A stretch of 64,000 bases of DNA from an uncultured bacterium (GCA_963801165.1 CAWDDT010000009.1:160001-224000); one strand, 5' to 3'. Shown: positions 27,056 through 37,389, numbered from the stretch's first letter. The notes: generated by a model from the letters alone, not told the origin. Program-made: numbers and translations.

Positions 27056-27173
27056 GCGCAAGTCCCCCTTGCCTGGCTTTGCGTGCGGGGATTGTATATC
27101 GCCACCTCTCTGGCCCACTACAAGTTGCACGTCGCTGCCCTGTAGTCGGTCCCCCGGTTAGTATCGCTCGCTC

Positions 27174-27958
27174 ATGGAGATGGCGAAGCGCGCGCGTATG
27201 ATCTTGTGGCCGGCACTCGCTGCGGTCTTGTTGGTGACAGCATGCTCGGGGACCACCACTGCGACGACGACGTCCTCTACCGAGCCGCCCGGCACCTCGA
27301 CGACGGTGGCCGACACCACAACTCCACCAACTACCGCAGCGACGACGACATCGACCACATCTACGACGGCTGCGGTCACTCAGGAAGGAGCGGGACACGG
27401 GTCCGGGATCATCGGGATCGTTGGGTGCTCCAACTCGGCGATGGCCGCAGCCGGCTACGACGTGGTCTCCGCCAAGGACTATCTGACGCAGGGGGGTCTC
27501 ACCGGGGGATCCATTGCCGTCTGGGGCAATCCGGGCCCCGCCCGGTACGACCGCTACTGGGGGCTGTACGACGACCGGCGGCCCACCGATGGCTACACCG
27601 CCACCTGGTTCCAGCTGTGTATCCGGACCACGGAGCACAAAGGGAGCTTCAACGACGAGATCAAGGGCTGGATACAGCACGTTGTCGACCAGATCCACGA
27701 GCGCGATCCCGGGATCCCGATCTGGATCTCCCCGGTCAACAGCTACACCGATGGACTGGTGTGCCCCACGATCGGAGAAGAAGGTGCGGCCATCGCCACC
27801 GAGGCTGCTGATTGGGCGGCGGGGAACGTCTCCGGGGTGGAGCGGGGACCCGACCTGGGCCCGATCCACGCCGACGAGCTCGACCCGGGCGAGCAATGTC
27901 ATCCAAATCTGACGGGGCAGAGCGCCCTCGGGGAGCAGCTAGTCGCGTTCTTCGATTA
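27174..27958 (+). CDS. Lipoprotein with Thr-rich linker and SGNH-like domain
   Basis: Lipobox 'LLVTAC', poly-Thr, 'IVGCSNS', C-terminal 'QCHPNLTGQ'. Confidence 0.72.
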
Positions 27959-27964
27959 GGAGCG

Positions 27965-28927
27965 TCAACTGAACACCTCGCGTTCACGCAGCACCCGTAC
28001 GAACTCCTCGGCAATCGCCTTCTTGTGCTCGGGCATGTACTTGACGAAGTCGCCGAGCCCTGACACACCGACCCCCTTCAGGATGCGGTCGGCGTCGACA
28101 ATCGAGAAGTCCATCTTCCTCGACAGCTCGATGAGCGCCAGCGCGTACTCCCGGCGCCGGGTGCGATGCGGGCTGTGGCTCAGCTTGTAGTCGAAGACTT
28201 GTCGTCCTGGATCAACCGTCAGCGTGTTGAGGTAGACGACCTCGGCGCCGAGCCGCTGGCGCACCAGGTTGACGATCCGCTCGAAGTTCGCCATGGATTC
28301 CTCGAGGGGGAGCCGGCCGGCCTTCTCGAAGTTCTTGGCGAACCATTTCACCGTGTCGAGGTCGCCTAGCGCTTCCTTGATGTCGGCTGCGAGCCAGAAC
28401 CCGCCCGGGTCGACGAGGAAACCGTGCTCCTTGTGCCGGTACAGGGTTCGGGACAGATCCGTGGACATAGTCAAGACGACGACGTTCTTCGGAAACGCAC
28501 CCATCTGCTCATGGCCGGGCACTACGAACCCGGGCTCGAAGAGCACCGGTTGGAACATGTTCTTCTCGAGTTGCAGCCGCTCAGAGACCTCGGCGACCGC
28601 GTCGGCGTCGACTCCGTCGACGGTCTGGAGGATTAGATCTGATCGCGTGAATTGTGCCCGCCCCGCGGCCCAGGCGGCGCCGGTTGCCGATGTGGCGCGG
28701 CGCAACCACGGGCCGGACTCGGCGATGATCCAGGTGTCGCAGCCACCGTACCCGAAGACACCGATTCTCTTCTCGTCCCCGCGGAACACCACGTAGGTTG
28801 TCTGCTTGGTCATCCCCGAGGTGCGCAGAGCGGTGCGGTTCCTCATCCGACGCAGCTTGGTCTCGATGGCGCTGTCGTCGCCGGCGAAGCGGCGCAAAGT
28901 GCGCACGGCCCTCTTCTTCAGCTTCAT
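27965..28927 (-). CDS. Uncharacterised cytoplasmic SGNH-like protein, type B, copy 2
   Basis: 'VFGYGGCD', 'LYRHKEHGFLVDPGGFW', 'IVDADRILKGVG...DFVKY'; aligns end to end with 21410-22420. Confidence 0.72.
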   Translation of the reverse strand: MKLKKRAVRTLRRFAGDDSAIETKLRRMRNRTALRTSGMTKQTTYVVFRGDEKRIGVFGYGGCDTWIIAESGPWLRRATSATGAAWAAGRAQFTRSDLILQTVDGVDADAVAEVSERLQLEKNMFQPVLFEPGFVVPGHEQMGAFPKNVVVLTMSTDLSRTLYRHKEHGFLVDPGGFWLAADIKEALGDLDTVKWFAKNFEKAGRLPLEESMANFERIVNLVRQRLGAEVVYLNTLTVDPGRQVFDYKLSHSPHRTRRREYALALIELSRKMDFSIVDADRILKGVGVSGLGDFVKYMPEHKKAIAEEFVRVLREREVFS

Positions 28928-28937
28928 CTGACGTTCC

Positions 28938-30002
28938 TCACTCTGCCGTCCTCGTCCCCACCCGGAAGTCCGCACCTGCCAATTCGCTGCCCGCGTCACC
29001 CTCAGGTGATGTCACCATGACCCCGGCGACGTCACCGGCGGTGGCGGCCGCACCGTGGGGAACCGTGATCTCTCGCAGGTACGCGGCGCCTCCGGCCACG
29101 ACGGTTATGTCGATCGAGCGCACACGCTCGGCCTTCCTGGATCGCCCACCGGTCTTCTCCGGGTTCGTGTTCTCATCCTCGTGTCCCATATCGAAGCGAT
29201 GCACCCGCGTCTCGAAACGAAAGTCGAATAGCGGATCGCCGTCGGCGACTGCTGCGCCCGGGCTCACGTGCCATCTGGTCACGGTGCCTACCCTCGTCCT
29301 GCGGTCGAAGCTCGGGATGACGAGCCGCATCACCGGTGCTTGCAGCGTACCTCCGAGCGCTCCCGATTGATCGATGGCCGTCACCGCCTCCTCGGTAAGG
29401 AAGTCTAAAGCGGCGCCGGTCAACTCGCCCGGGCCGGGAACAGTCTCGATTCCGCCCACTTCGGCGACGGCGCCGTCAACGTCGATCACCTGGATGCCGG
29501 CATCGCCGGCCCGGTGCTCGAGATTGGCAAGCAGCCGATGCGCCCTCATGGCGAACGTGTCGGGCACCCCGCCGTATCTATGTACCCGCTGGGTCGGGTC
29601 GTAGGTCGAGACCGTGAACAAGAACAGCGTCACGTCGTATCCGGCGAGCAGCTTGGCGACGGTGACGAGATTGTCGATGGTCTGGTCCGGCTCGAGCGGA
29701 TCGGGTTGGAAGAGCTCCATATGAAGCGAGGTGATGAGCGCGCCGGCAGGTATCGTGTTCGCACGCACGTACCGCACCAACGCATCGCTCCGCATCGCCG
29801 GGAGCCTGGTGATCGCGGCTCCGGCCCGCTCTTCGAGCAGACCGGGGCGACCGATGGTCGCGACTATGTCAGGCGACTCAGTCAACGTGACCGCGCGCTC
29901 GCCCACCCTGGATGTCGTGTCGTTCAAAGCCATCATCCCCCACGAGTCTGTCGTGAGAATAGCCACGGGTTCTGCCTGGTAGAGGGCGAAGCCGATGTGC
30001 AT
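28938..30002 (-). CDS. Fusion of SGNH-like type A domain and lipoyl-like domain
   Basis: N-part 'VSTYDPTQRVHRYGG...RAHRLLANL...IQVIDVDGAVAEVGG..VPGPGEL'; C-part 'LVIPSFDRRTRVGTVTRWHVSPGAAVADGDPLFDF...GAAATAGDVAGVM'. Confidence 0.72.
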   Translation of the reverse strand: MHIGFALYQAEPVAILTTDSWGMMALNDTTSRVGERAVTLTESPDIVATIGRPGLLEERAGAAITRLPAMRSDALVRYVRANTIPAGALITSLHMELFQPDPLEPDQTIDNLVTVAKLLAGYDVTLFLFTVSTYDPTQRVHRYGGVPDTFAMRAHRLLANLEHRAGDAGIQVIDVDGAVAEVGGIETVPGPGELTGAALDFLTEEAVTAIDQSGALGGTLQAPVMRLVIPSFDRRTRVGTVTRWHVSPGAAVADGDPLFDFRFETRVHRFDMGHEDENTNPEKTGGRSRKAERVRSIDITVVAGGAAYLREITVPHGAAATAGDVAGVMVTSPEGDAGSELAGADFRVGTRTAE

Positions 30003-30094
30003 ACCCAGGGCGCGTTACCGCCCCCCGGCAGGATCGCGTCGGGTGTAAGGTCTCGACTCAGTTCAGTCGCACCAGGCGCGATCACGAGGGATCG

Positions 30095-30886
30095 ATGAGT
30101 GTTGTCACGTACGGGGATCGGGCATTTCGGCGCGCCACGGCGCCGCTGCGGCACTACCCCGGATTCCTGATTATCGGTGGGATTCGGTGCGGCACGACCT
30201 CTCTGATCCGCTACCTCGGTGAGCACCCCGAAGTCGCTATCGCCTCGACCAAGGAGCCGCATTTCTTCGACTGGAACTTCGGGCGCGGCGACAACTGGTA
30301 CCGATCCTTCTTCCCGCTGCGCGTAGCCGGCAGGCATCTCGTCGTGGGTGAGTCGAGCCCCGCCTATCTGATGGACACGCGGGCGCCGGCCCGGTCGGCC
30401 GCCTCGATGCCGGAGGCCAGGCTGCTGTTGCTCGTGCGCGACCCGGTGGAGCGAGCGCACTCTCACTACCGCTACCGGTACGAACGGGGCCACGAGCCAG
30501 CCGCCACGTTTGAAGAGGCGCTGGCGCTGGAGGAGGAGCGCTTGAAGCAGGCTGTTGCCTCAGGCCGGGGACAATCGCTGCTGAGCGGATACTTCCATCA
30601 CGGGCTGTACGAGACCGGTCTCAGCCGGTGGCTCGAGCATTTCGACCGCTCCCAGATCATGACGATTGCCAGCGAAGATTTCTACGCCGACACCAGTGGC
30701 GTCTTCGCTCGCATTCTTCGCTTCCTGGGATTGACCAACTATGAGCTAGACCATTACGCCGTGCACAACGCCGCCGCGAGCGCCACGATGGATCCTGTCA
30801 CCAGAGCGAGCCTCGTGGACCGCTACCGGGAGCCGAACGAGCGGTTGTACGAGCTGATTGGCGTCGACCTCGGATGGGCCCGATGA
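30095..30886 (+). CDS. Sulfotransferase (heparan-sulfate sulfotransferase-like fold)
   Basis: 'PGFLIIGGIRCGTTSL', 'KEPHFFD', 'GESSPAY', 'VRDPVERAHSHY'. Confidence 0.92.
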   Translation: MSVVTYGDRAFRRATAPLRHYPGFLIIGGIRCGTTSLIRYLGEHPEVAIASTKEPHFFDWNFGRGDNWYRSFFPLRVAGRHLVVGESSPAYLMDTRAPARSAASMPEARLLLLVRDPVERAHSHYRYRYERGHEPAATFEEALALEEERLKQAVASGRGQSLLSGYFHHGLYETGLSRWLEHFDRSQIMTIASEDFYADTSGVFARILRFLGLTNYELDHYAVHNAAASATMDPVTRASLVDRYREPNERLYELIGVDLGWAR

Positions 30887-31770
30887 CGAAGCTGACGTCG
30901 GTGTTGATCCTATCCGACAAGTCATCGGGGTCGAGTGTGCTCCAGCGCGAGCTCGCCCGACACTCTGGCGTGAACACGATGCGGAAGCCGCCCCACCAGG
31001 AAGGGGAGACCCTCTATTGGAGCAAGTGCGCGGCCCTCCTCGGCCTGCCGCAGCCGGCCATGATCGACTCGAAGCTCCTACCGATGTCGGCCGGCCGGGC
31101 AAGCTCCGCCCTGGCGAATCTCATTGCCGCCAATCTCGACGGCCCTGTTGCGACGCCGGCGACCCGTGCCGAGGTCTTCGCCGTGTGGCGTGCGCTCACG
31201 GAACAGTACGCACCTGCGTTCCTGGAGAAGTCGCCACATCACCTGCACAATCGAGCCGTTCTGGAGCTGTTGCTCGACGCCGCCGCGAGTCTCGACGACG
31301 TCGATTTTCGTTTCATCGGTCTCGTGCGCAACCCACTCGATACTCTCTACTCCATGTGGCAGCGTTGGCGCACCGTACCCGAGGCGAGGGCCGGTGAGTG
31401 GTGCCGGGCATACGAAAACCTTTTGTGGCTGCAAGACGCTGTGCCGGGAGCAATCCGAATCATTCGCTACGAGGACATGGTCACGCAACCGGCCGTAGTC
31501 ACCGGTGTGCTCGATTTCATCGGTGTGACGCCGGATCCGATCGTGGGTGAGGGATTCCACCGTGGATCGCTTCACGCATGGAGAGACGACTCGAGGTTCG
31601 GCTACCAGCCGGATTCCCGACTCCGTGCACTGGCCGGCGCGTTTGGCTACGGCCCGGACGATCTCGACAGCGGCGCCAGCCGCTTGTGGCCGTTCGAGCG
31701 TGAGCTGCTGCACAGGGTGCGCCGGCTCCGGACGAGGGCGGGGTCGATCTGGCGGTCGGGTAGACATTGA
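30883..31770 (+). CDS. Sulfotransferase-family protein
   Basis: 'SDKSSGSSVL', 'FLEKSPHH', 'VRNPLDTLYS', 'IRYEDMV'; ATGA overlap with upstream gene. Confidence 0.82.
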   Translation: MTKLTSVLILSDKSSGSSVLQRELARHSGVNTMRKPPHQEGETLYWSKCAALLGLPQPAMIDSKLLPMSAGRASSALANLIAANLDGPVATPATRAEVFAVWRALTEQYAPAFLEKSPHHLHNRAVLELLLDAAASLDDVDFRFIGLVRNPLDTLYSMWQRWRTVPEARAGEWCRAYENLLWLQDAVPGAIRIIRYEDMVTQPAVVTGVLDFIGVTPDPIVGEGFHRGSLHAWRDDSRFGYQPDSRLRALAGAFGYGPDDLDSGASRLWPFERELLHRVRRLRTRAGSIWRSGRH

Positions 31771-32150
31771 ACGGCGATCGACTCTCCCCAGCGGGAGCAA
31801 GCGGGGCCTGCTGCGCCGTGGCCGGTGCTCCGATACACTCCCGGTCGGGGGGAAGCGCAGAGACGACTTGGTCGGTCAGCATGAGGGGTAGCGGAATGCC
31901 AGCAGACGGCTCCATCAGCGGTGGCGAACCGACTCGCGCCCGCTCGGCGGCGGAAAAGGAGTGCCGGCACGTCGCCTCCGTGGGTCTCGTTGCGATCCTC
32001 GCTACAGAGGTGATCTACACAATGGTCGCCGCCCCCTCGTACCGGTTGGGCTTCTGCCGGGCGGGGTTGACGATGCCGGTCGGTCGGCTAGCTCCCGGAC
32101 CCACCGCGGCTATGACCACGGTTCCCGGCAGTATCGAAGTCTGAGCCACG

Positions 32151-33002
32151 ATGTCGCCGGAAACCGTTCGGTTGCTCACGTCGCACAACGCCGCCGTCGG
32201 GTATCTGCTCGGCGTCGTAGCGCTTCTAGTCGTCGGAATCGTCGCAATGGTGCGCCCGCGCCCGGTACCGGTAGCGGGCGTCGTGATCGCCGCCGCCGGC
32301 GTCGTCGCCGTCCACCTCGCCTATGTCGTTCCGCCCGAGCTGGTGGCGGGGGTGGGCTTGCTGGCATTGACCGGTCTCATTCCGGTGCGATCCGATCTTG
32401 CTGCGATGGCCCTCGCGCTACCGGGAGCGGCCGTGCTGGGATACACCTTCACTGCACAGGGGGGGCTGGGGCTGATCCTCGTCGTCGTCGGGTCGACGGT
32501 TCTGGGTCCGCTCGTCGCCCGCTTTGATTCGACCCACCCGGACACATCCGGCACCTCGCTCATGGTCGTGGCGTACGGGGCAGCGCTCATCCTGGTGCCT
32601 GACACAGACTTGATCATCGTCGTCGTCGCCGCCGCGTTGCCGCTGATCGTGGCCGGTCATCCCCTGCGGCTGGCGCGACTGGGGCGGGGTGGGGCGGTCG
32701 CAGCGACCGGTCTGCTGCTGTGGACTGCTGCAGGCGGGGCTGAGGCACGGTCGGCGGCGGTGGTCGCCGCCTCCGGTGTGCTCGGCCTGCTGGTTGCCGA
32801 TCCGGTGATGCGCCGGCTCCGGGGAAGCCGGGGAGGTTTGACCAGAATCGGCGAAGCTCCGCTTCTCGGCGTCGCGGTGCAGATCGCGCTTGCGCTCAGC
32901 CTGTCATTTGTCGCTGGCAGCGTCGATCATGCGGCGCTGCTCGCGATCATCACCTTGGCGTTGTTGAGTGCCGCGGGATTCTGGTCGAGTTCGCCGGTCT
33001 GA
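32151..33002 (+). CDS. Hypothetical polytopic membrane protein
   Basis: About 9-10 hydrophobic helices; 'LVPDTD' loop. Confidence 0.7.
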   Translation: MSPETVRLLTSHNAAVGYLLGVVALLVVGIVAMVRPRPVPVAGVVIAAAGVVAVHLAYVVPPELVAGVGLLALTGLIPVRSDLAAMALALPGAAVLGYTFTAQGGLGLILVVVGSTVLGPLVARFDSTHPDTSGTSLMVVAYGAALILVPDTDLIIVVVAAALPLIVAGHPLRLARLGRGGAVAATGLLLWTAAGGAEARSAAVVAASGVLGLLVADPVMRRLRGSRGGLTRIGEAPLLGVAVQIALALSLSFVAGSVDHAALLAIITLALLSAAGFWSSSPV

Positions 33003-33005
33003 TCG

Positions 33006-34385
33006 TCACCGGGAACGAGATGCTGCCGCCTCACGCTCGCGCAGGTGGGTGCCGGTCGTTCTTTGCTTCGGCGCGGCCTTGCCCGGCGTCTCCTTGCCGT
33101 TCTCAGTGTCCAGACTGGGGCGCATGGCAGGGTCGAGCCCCACGAGCAAAGCTGCGAAGTAGGGATACACCTGCGATCGCTGTCTGGCCAACAAGCCGAA
33201 GTTGTTGAACGAGCTGAACGCCACGATGAAACCGAAGGTGAACGCGAGCGCAAAGATCATATAGGGCATACCGCGGATCTTGACCAGCCCTTTCATAATC
33301 GGGATGAATCTCCATGCGAACAGCAGGACCAGGAACACCCCCTCGAAGCTGCTGGCGAGCGCCTGAGCGTTGTTTGCCTCCTGTGGGAACGGCCGGAATA
33401 GCACCTTCACGAACCCGGCGGGAAAGTCAGCAGGGCTGCGGATGCCCGTGCCGACGACGCCGGATCCGCCCTTGCTCGTGGTGTCCTCGACATTGGTGAG
33501 AACGTTCTCGAAGTCCTCGGTCGCCGTGAGACCTGAGGCGAAGTCGATGCCGAATTTGGATGCGGTGAAGATGCCGACGACGACGAGGACAAGACTTATC
33601 AGCACCGTTGCCACGAGCTTGCGGCTGCGCAGAGTCCTGTCGGCAACCTTGCCGAATAGCAGAGCTACCACGAGTGCCCCACCGAGGAGAAGGGCCACGT
33701 GCGGTCGGATAGCCGCGGCTCCTACCGATCCTATGCCGAATAGGAAGATCCACCGCAGCCGGAAGTCAACGAGCAACCTGGCTGCACCGAGCGAGCCGGC
33801 GCCGAGGAAGAGAAACATCAGCGACTCTTTCCCGATGCTCGACGGCCAGTAGACGATGGTTGGGAGGAACAGCACGGCGAGGGCGTACCAGCCGGAACGT
33901 TTTCCGCCCGTGGAATGGCGGAACGCGGCTAAGAGCATTAGCTGCCCGAGGTAGGCAAGGGTGGCGAACAGGAGAAAGCCACCAAGGAACGTGGGGACGT
34001 AGGGGATGTATAGAAACCCGGTTGCGGCGTTGACAAACTCGGTACCGATGCCCATCGGGGGTAGGTGGAACGATCGCCAGATTTGCACCAAACGGGTCCC
34101 GGATCCGTGGTAGCCGGTGGCGTCGCCTCCGCCGCCGTAGAGGAACTCGAGAACGGCAAACCGCCCGAAGGAGGCGATCAGTTTCACCGCGAACCCGGCG
34201 AGCACGACCTGAGGAAGCCACTTCTTGTCGGACTCGGTGGCCATGCCACGTCCGATCGCTCCCACCACCAGGACCGCCAGCGCGGCGTAGATCAACGTGG
34301 CACCCTCGATGTAACCGAGTGCCAGAGCCAGGACACCGGACAGCAATAATGCCCCGCTCAGACCCCATGTAGCGCCGGTGTTCAC
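33006..34385 (-). CDS. Wzy-like polysaccharide polymerase / GT-C membrane protein
   Basis: Many TM helices, 'YGGGGDATGYH', 'FLPTIVYWPSSIGKES', 'IRPH', 'LFRPFP', 'NFGLLARQR'; context of GTs and Wzc. Confidence 0.7.
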   Translation of the reverse strand: MNTGATWGLSGALLLSGVLALALGYIEGATLIYAALAVLVVGAIGRGMATESDKKWLPQVVLAGFAVKLIASFGRFAVLEFLYGGGGDATGYHGSGTRLVQIWRSFHLPPMGIGTEFVNAATGFLYIPYVPTFLGGFLLFATLAYLGQLMLLAAFRHSTGGKRSGWYALAVLFLPTIVYWPSSIGKESLMFLFLGAGSLGAARLLVDFRLRWIFLFGIGSVGAAAIRPHVALLLGGALVVALLFGKVADRTLRSRKLVATVLISLVLVVVGIFTASKFGIDFASGLTATEDFENVLTNVEDTTSKGGSGVVGTGIRSPADFPAGFVKVLFRPFPQEANNAQALASSFEGVFLVLLFAWRFIPIMKGLVKIRGMPYMIFALAFTFGFIVAFSSFNNFGLLARQRSQVYPYFAALLVGLDPAMRPSLDTENGKETPGKAAPKQRTTGTHLREREAAASRSR

Positions 34386-35335
34386 AGCAGCTCCAGATCG
34401 CCGAGGGAGATATCCCACTGTCTCAGATCGGTGACGTCGAGCTCGAGCGGCCTCAAGGGTCGCGCCATCAGTGTCATCGTGGCTCCGGGTACGGGAAGGA
34501 ATCCGGAGCGTAGCAACGCGGCTCGCTCGGGTGACCCGTTGCTGAAATACGCTCCCACGTACGACGATCTCGCCCGGTTGCGGGTCTTCCACAGGGCCCG
34601 GATCGGCCGGGAACCATAGAGCTCGGACACGAGCAACTCGCGCCGGCTCCCCCGAAACGCCATACGGGCGATGGCGCCGCTGTCGTGCGCTTCGACCAGC
34701 GTGTAGCGGGCGGTGGGGTGTCTGGTGAAGCGCCACTCCTGGTATGCCGCACTCCGAGGTGTCCGCAGACCCCTCGCTTCCCTGTCTGGAAACGTGTGTT
34801 TTCCGACCTCTTCTGGTGACTTGATGAAATCGGAAGGATCGGGCAGCTCGCCGGTATCGGGAGCGTGCCGGAAGACGGCCAGGGTCGGGGACGCCAAAGG
34901 CCGGATTGTCCCGACTTGTGACCAACCCATCGCCAGGTAACCGGCTCCGGAGCGGGGATTAGGCGTGTTGAACACCATGTCGACTCCGTCCTCAGACGCG
35001 GCGTCGAGTGCGGCGAGGGTCAACTGGCGGAATATGCCGCGCCGTCTGTAATCGGGGTGGGTGGCGGTATCGACCGCCCGGACACAACGCAGCTGTGCTC
35101 CGTCGCGCTGCTCGAGCTCCCAGCGCATGAACGCCCGGAAGCCGGCAATCGTGTCACCGTCGACGGCGACAAGCATCAACGAACGTCCGAAGGGGTTGCT
35201 GATGTGCTTCCATTCGAATAGCTCGGGCGTTCGCTGCAGCGAGGCCGTCTCACCGAGAGAGGCACGCAGGAGCTCTAGCACGTCGGGTAGATCGTGCGGC
35301 TGGAATGGGCGGATCTCGAGGTCGAAGTCAGCCAC
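34382..35335 (-). CDS. GNAT N-acyltransferase (polysaccharide-locus type)
   Basis: 'FEWKHISNPFG', 'RAVDTATHPDYRRRGIF', 'FNTPNPRSGAGYLAMGW', C-terminal 'LGDLELL'. Confidence 0.88.
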   Translation of the reverse strand: MADFDLEIRPFQPHDLPDVLELLRASLGETASLQRTPELFEWKHISNPFGRSLMLVAVDGDTIAGFRAFMRWELEQRDGAQLRCVRAVDTATHPDYRRRGIFRQLTLAALDAASEDGVDMVFNTPNPRSGAGYLAMGWSQVGTIRPLASPTLAVFRHAPDTGELPDPSDFIKSPEEVGKHTFPDREARGLRTPRSAAYQEWRFTRHPTARYTLVEAHDSGAIARMAFRGSRRELLVSELYGSRPIRALWKTRNRARSSYVGAYFSNGSPERAALLRSGFLPVPGATMTLMARPLRPLELDVTDLRQWDISLGDLELL

Positions 35336-36422
35336 GGAGAACCTGCTCGTACACGGCCTCGGTGGCACGCACCATGGCCTCGAGGCTGTATTGGGAGCGG
35401 ATGAGATCAGCCCCCTTGCGCCCGAGCTCAGCCGCATACCCCGGGTGGTCGAGAAGACGTGCGATACCGCCGGCCAACGCCGCCGGGTCCCGAGGCGGCA
35501 CCAACAAGCCCGTCTCGCCGTCTCTGATGATGCTCGGGACCCCGCCAACGGCCGTCGCCACCACAGGGCGCTCCAACGAGAGCGCTTCGAGGATCGAAAC
35601 CGGCAACCCCTCCACGTCGGCAGGGTTGACATAGACCTCGGCGGCGGACATGAAGCGGATGGCGTCGGGCCGGCGCCCGAGAAAGCGGACCTTCTGCTCG
35701 ACCTCGTTGGCGGCGGCATAGCCGCGGATCTCCTGGAGATCACCGGCGTTCTTCTCGCCGCCAATGGAAACGATCAGGTAGTCGTCGCGCTCGAGTCGGG
35801 CGGCGGCCTCGACGAGGTTTCGGTGTCCCTTGAGCGGCCGGATGTTGCCGACGTGGACTATGAGCCGGGTGCCGTTGTCTATACCCAATTCGTCTCGGAC
35901 CCCGGATGCGTCGACGTCCGCGGGCACAGAAACTCCGTTCGGAATCACGCTTCTGGAACGGGCCGTATAGCCGGCGATCGAGTCGGCAACTGCATCAGAG
36001 ACTGCGATGACGGCCCGATTCCTGAAGTATGTGAACCGGTTGGCGATCTGGACCGGCAGGCGGTACGAGTCGGCGATGTTGTGCTCCGTGTACACCACCG
36101 GCACTCCGGACACGAGCCTGGCCACCGCCCCCATCGCGGGAAGATGGGCATGAACGAGAGACGCGTTGGCAGCGTGCACCAGGCGGCGGAATCGCATAGC
36201 CGCGACGGGCGTCATACCCCGTTTCGTGCCGAAACACTCAACCGGAAATCCCAGATCGCGCAGAGGGGCGGCCAGCTGATCTTTCCAGGGGAGCGCATAG
36301 GCAACCCGGTAGTCGTATCGATCAGTGTTCCAAAACCGTGCGCCTTCCGCGATCAGCTTCTCGGCGCCGCCGATGCCGAGACCCTTGATTGCGATTACGA
36401 CGGTAGGACGAGCAAAACTCAT
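35328..36422 (-). CDS. Glycosyltransferase family 4
   Basis: 'GLGIGGAEK', 'YTEHN', 'VGNIRPLKGH', 'EGLPVSILEA', 'TAVGG'. Confidence 0.93.
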   Translation of the reverse strand: MSFARPTVVIAIKGLGIGGAEKLIAEGARFWNTDRYDYRVAYALPWKDQLAAPLRDLGFPVECFGTKRGMTPVAAMRFRRLVHAANASLVHAHLPAMGAVARLVSGVPVVYTEHNIADSYRLPVQIANRFTYFRNRAVIAVSDAVADSIAGYTARSRSVIPNGVSVPADVDASGVRDELGIDNGTRLIVHVGNIRPLKGHRNLVEAAARLERDDYLIVSIGGEKNAGDLQEIRGYAAANEVEQKVRFLGRRPDAIRFMSAAEVYVNPADVEGLPVSILEALSLERPVVATAVGGVPSIIRDGETGLLVPPRDPAALAGGIARLLDHPGYAAELGRKGADLIRSQYSLEAMVRATEAVYEQVLRG

Positions 36423-36567
36423 GTCAGGAACCCCACCGGAACGCCCCTTCCTCGTCGGCGCAATGTACTACGGGCACCCACCCACGGCGAGCGGTTTTGA
36501 GGCTACGCTGGCGTCGTTGACCATTGGTGGGGGTTGTGAATAGTCCACAGGATCAGGGAATGCGATT

Positions 36568-37389
36568 GTGGAGCGCATGATTGTGCTCGACACGGCAAAG
36601 CGCGGGGCCCGGTTTGCCGCCAAGACCGGGTTTGCCGCGGCAGACCTCTTCTCCCGGCGGAGACCCGGTCCGCGTCTGCTCATATATCACCAGATCGAGG
36701 CTGGTCTGGGGCGACAAATGGAGGTCACGGAGCGTGCCTTCCGTCGTCAACTCGGTTGGCTGCTCGACAACGGCGATGTGGTGAGTCTGGACCGGGCCCT
36801 CGCCGACCGGGGGCGGCCCGAGTCGAACCGTCAATCCGTGCTCACCTTCGATGACGGATACCAGGACGTTTACGAGCGTGCCTGGCCGCTGCTGCGGGAA
36901 CATGGGCTGCCGTTTGTGCTTTACCTGACGACGCATCCGACGGAGTCGGGGGAATCACTTACACCGGGTGGCAGGGCCGAGCCAATGACGTGGGCACAGG
37001 TCGAGGAAATGCTCGGATCGGGCTTGATGACCCTTGGTGCGCATACCCACCGGCATCGGGACCTCGGGGAGATGCCCGCGGCGATGATCGAGGAGGAGAT
37101 CGAGGTTTCCAACGACCTCATCGCCAGGCGCACCGGGGTGACACCGATCCATTTCGCCTATCCGTGGGGATACTGGTCCGCCCGAGCCCACCCCGTGGTT
37201 GCGGCAGCTTACGAGACCGCGACGCTCGGCAGCGGTCCGCCGATCACCCGGGACACTGATCCCCTCAAGCTGAACCGGATTCCCGTCCAGCTCAGCGACG
37301 GATTCTTCTTCTTCAAACAGAAGATGCGCACAGGACTGCCGGCCGAGGATTGGCTCCGGCGCCGTCTGGCGCACTACGACGGTCCATGA
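36568..37389 (+). CDS. Polysaccharide deacetylase (CE4/NodB)
   Basis: 'LIYHQI', 'LTFDDGY', 'GAHTHRH', 'FAYPWG'. Confidence 0.92.
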   Translation: MERMIVLDTAKRGARFAAKTGFAAADLFSRRRPGPRLLIYHQIEAGLGRQMEVTERAFRRQLGWLLDNGDVVSLDRALADRGRPESNRQSVLTFDDGYQDVYERAWPLLREHGLPFVLYLTTHPTESGESLTPGGRAEPMTWAQVEEMLGSGLMTLGAHTHRHRDLGEMPAAMIEEEIEVSNDLIARRTGVTPIHFAYPWGYWSARAHPVVAAAYETATLGSGPPITRDTDPLKLNRIPVQLSDGFFFFKQKMRTGLPAEDWLRRRLAHYDGP

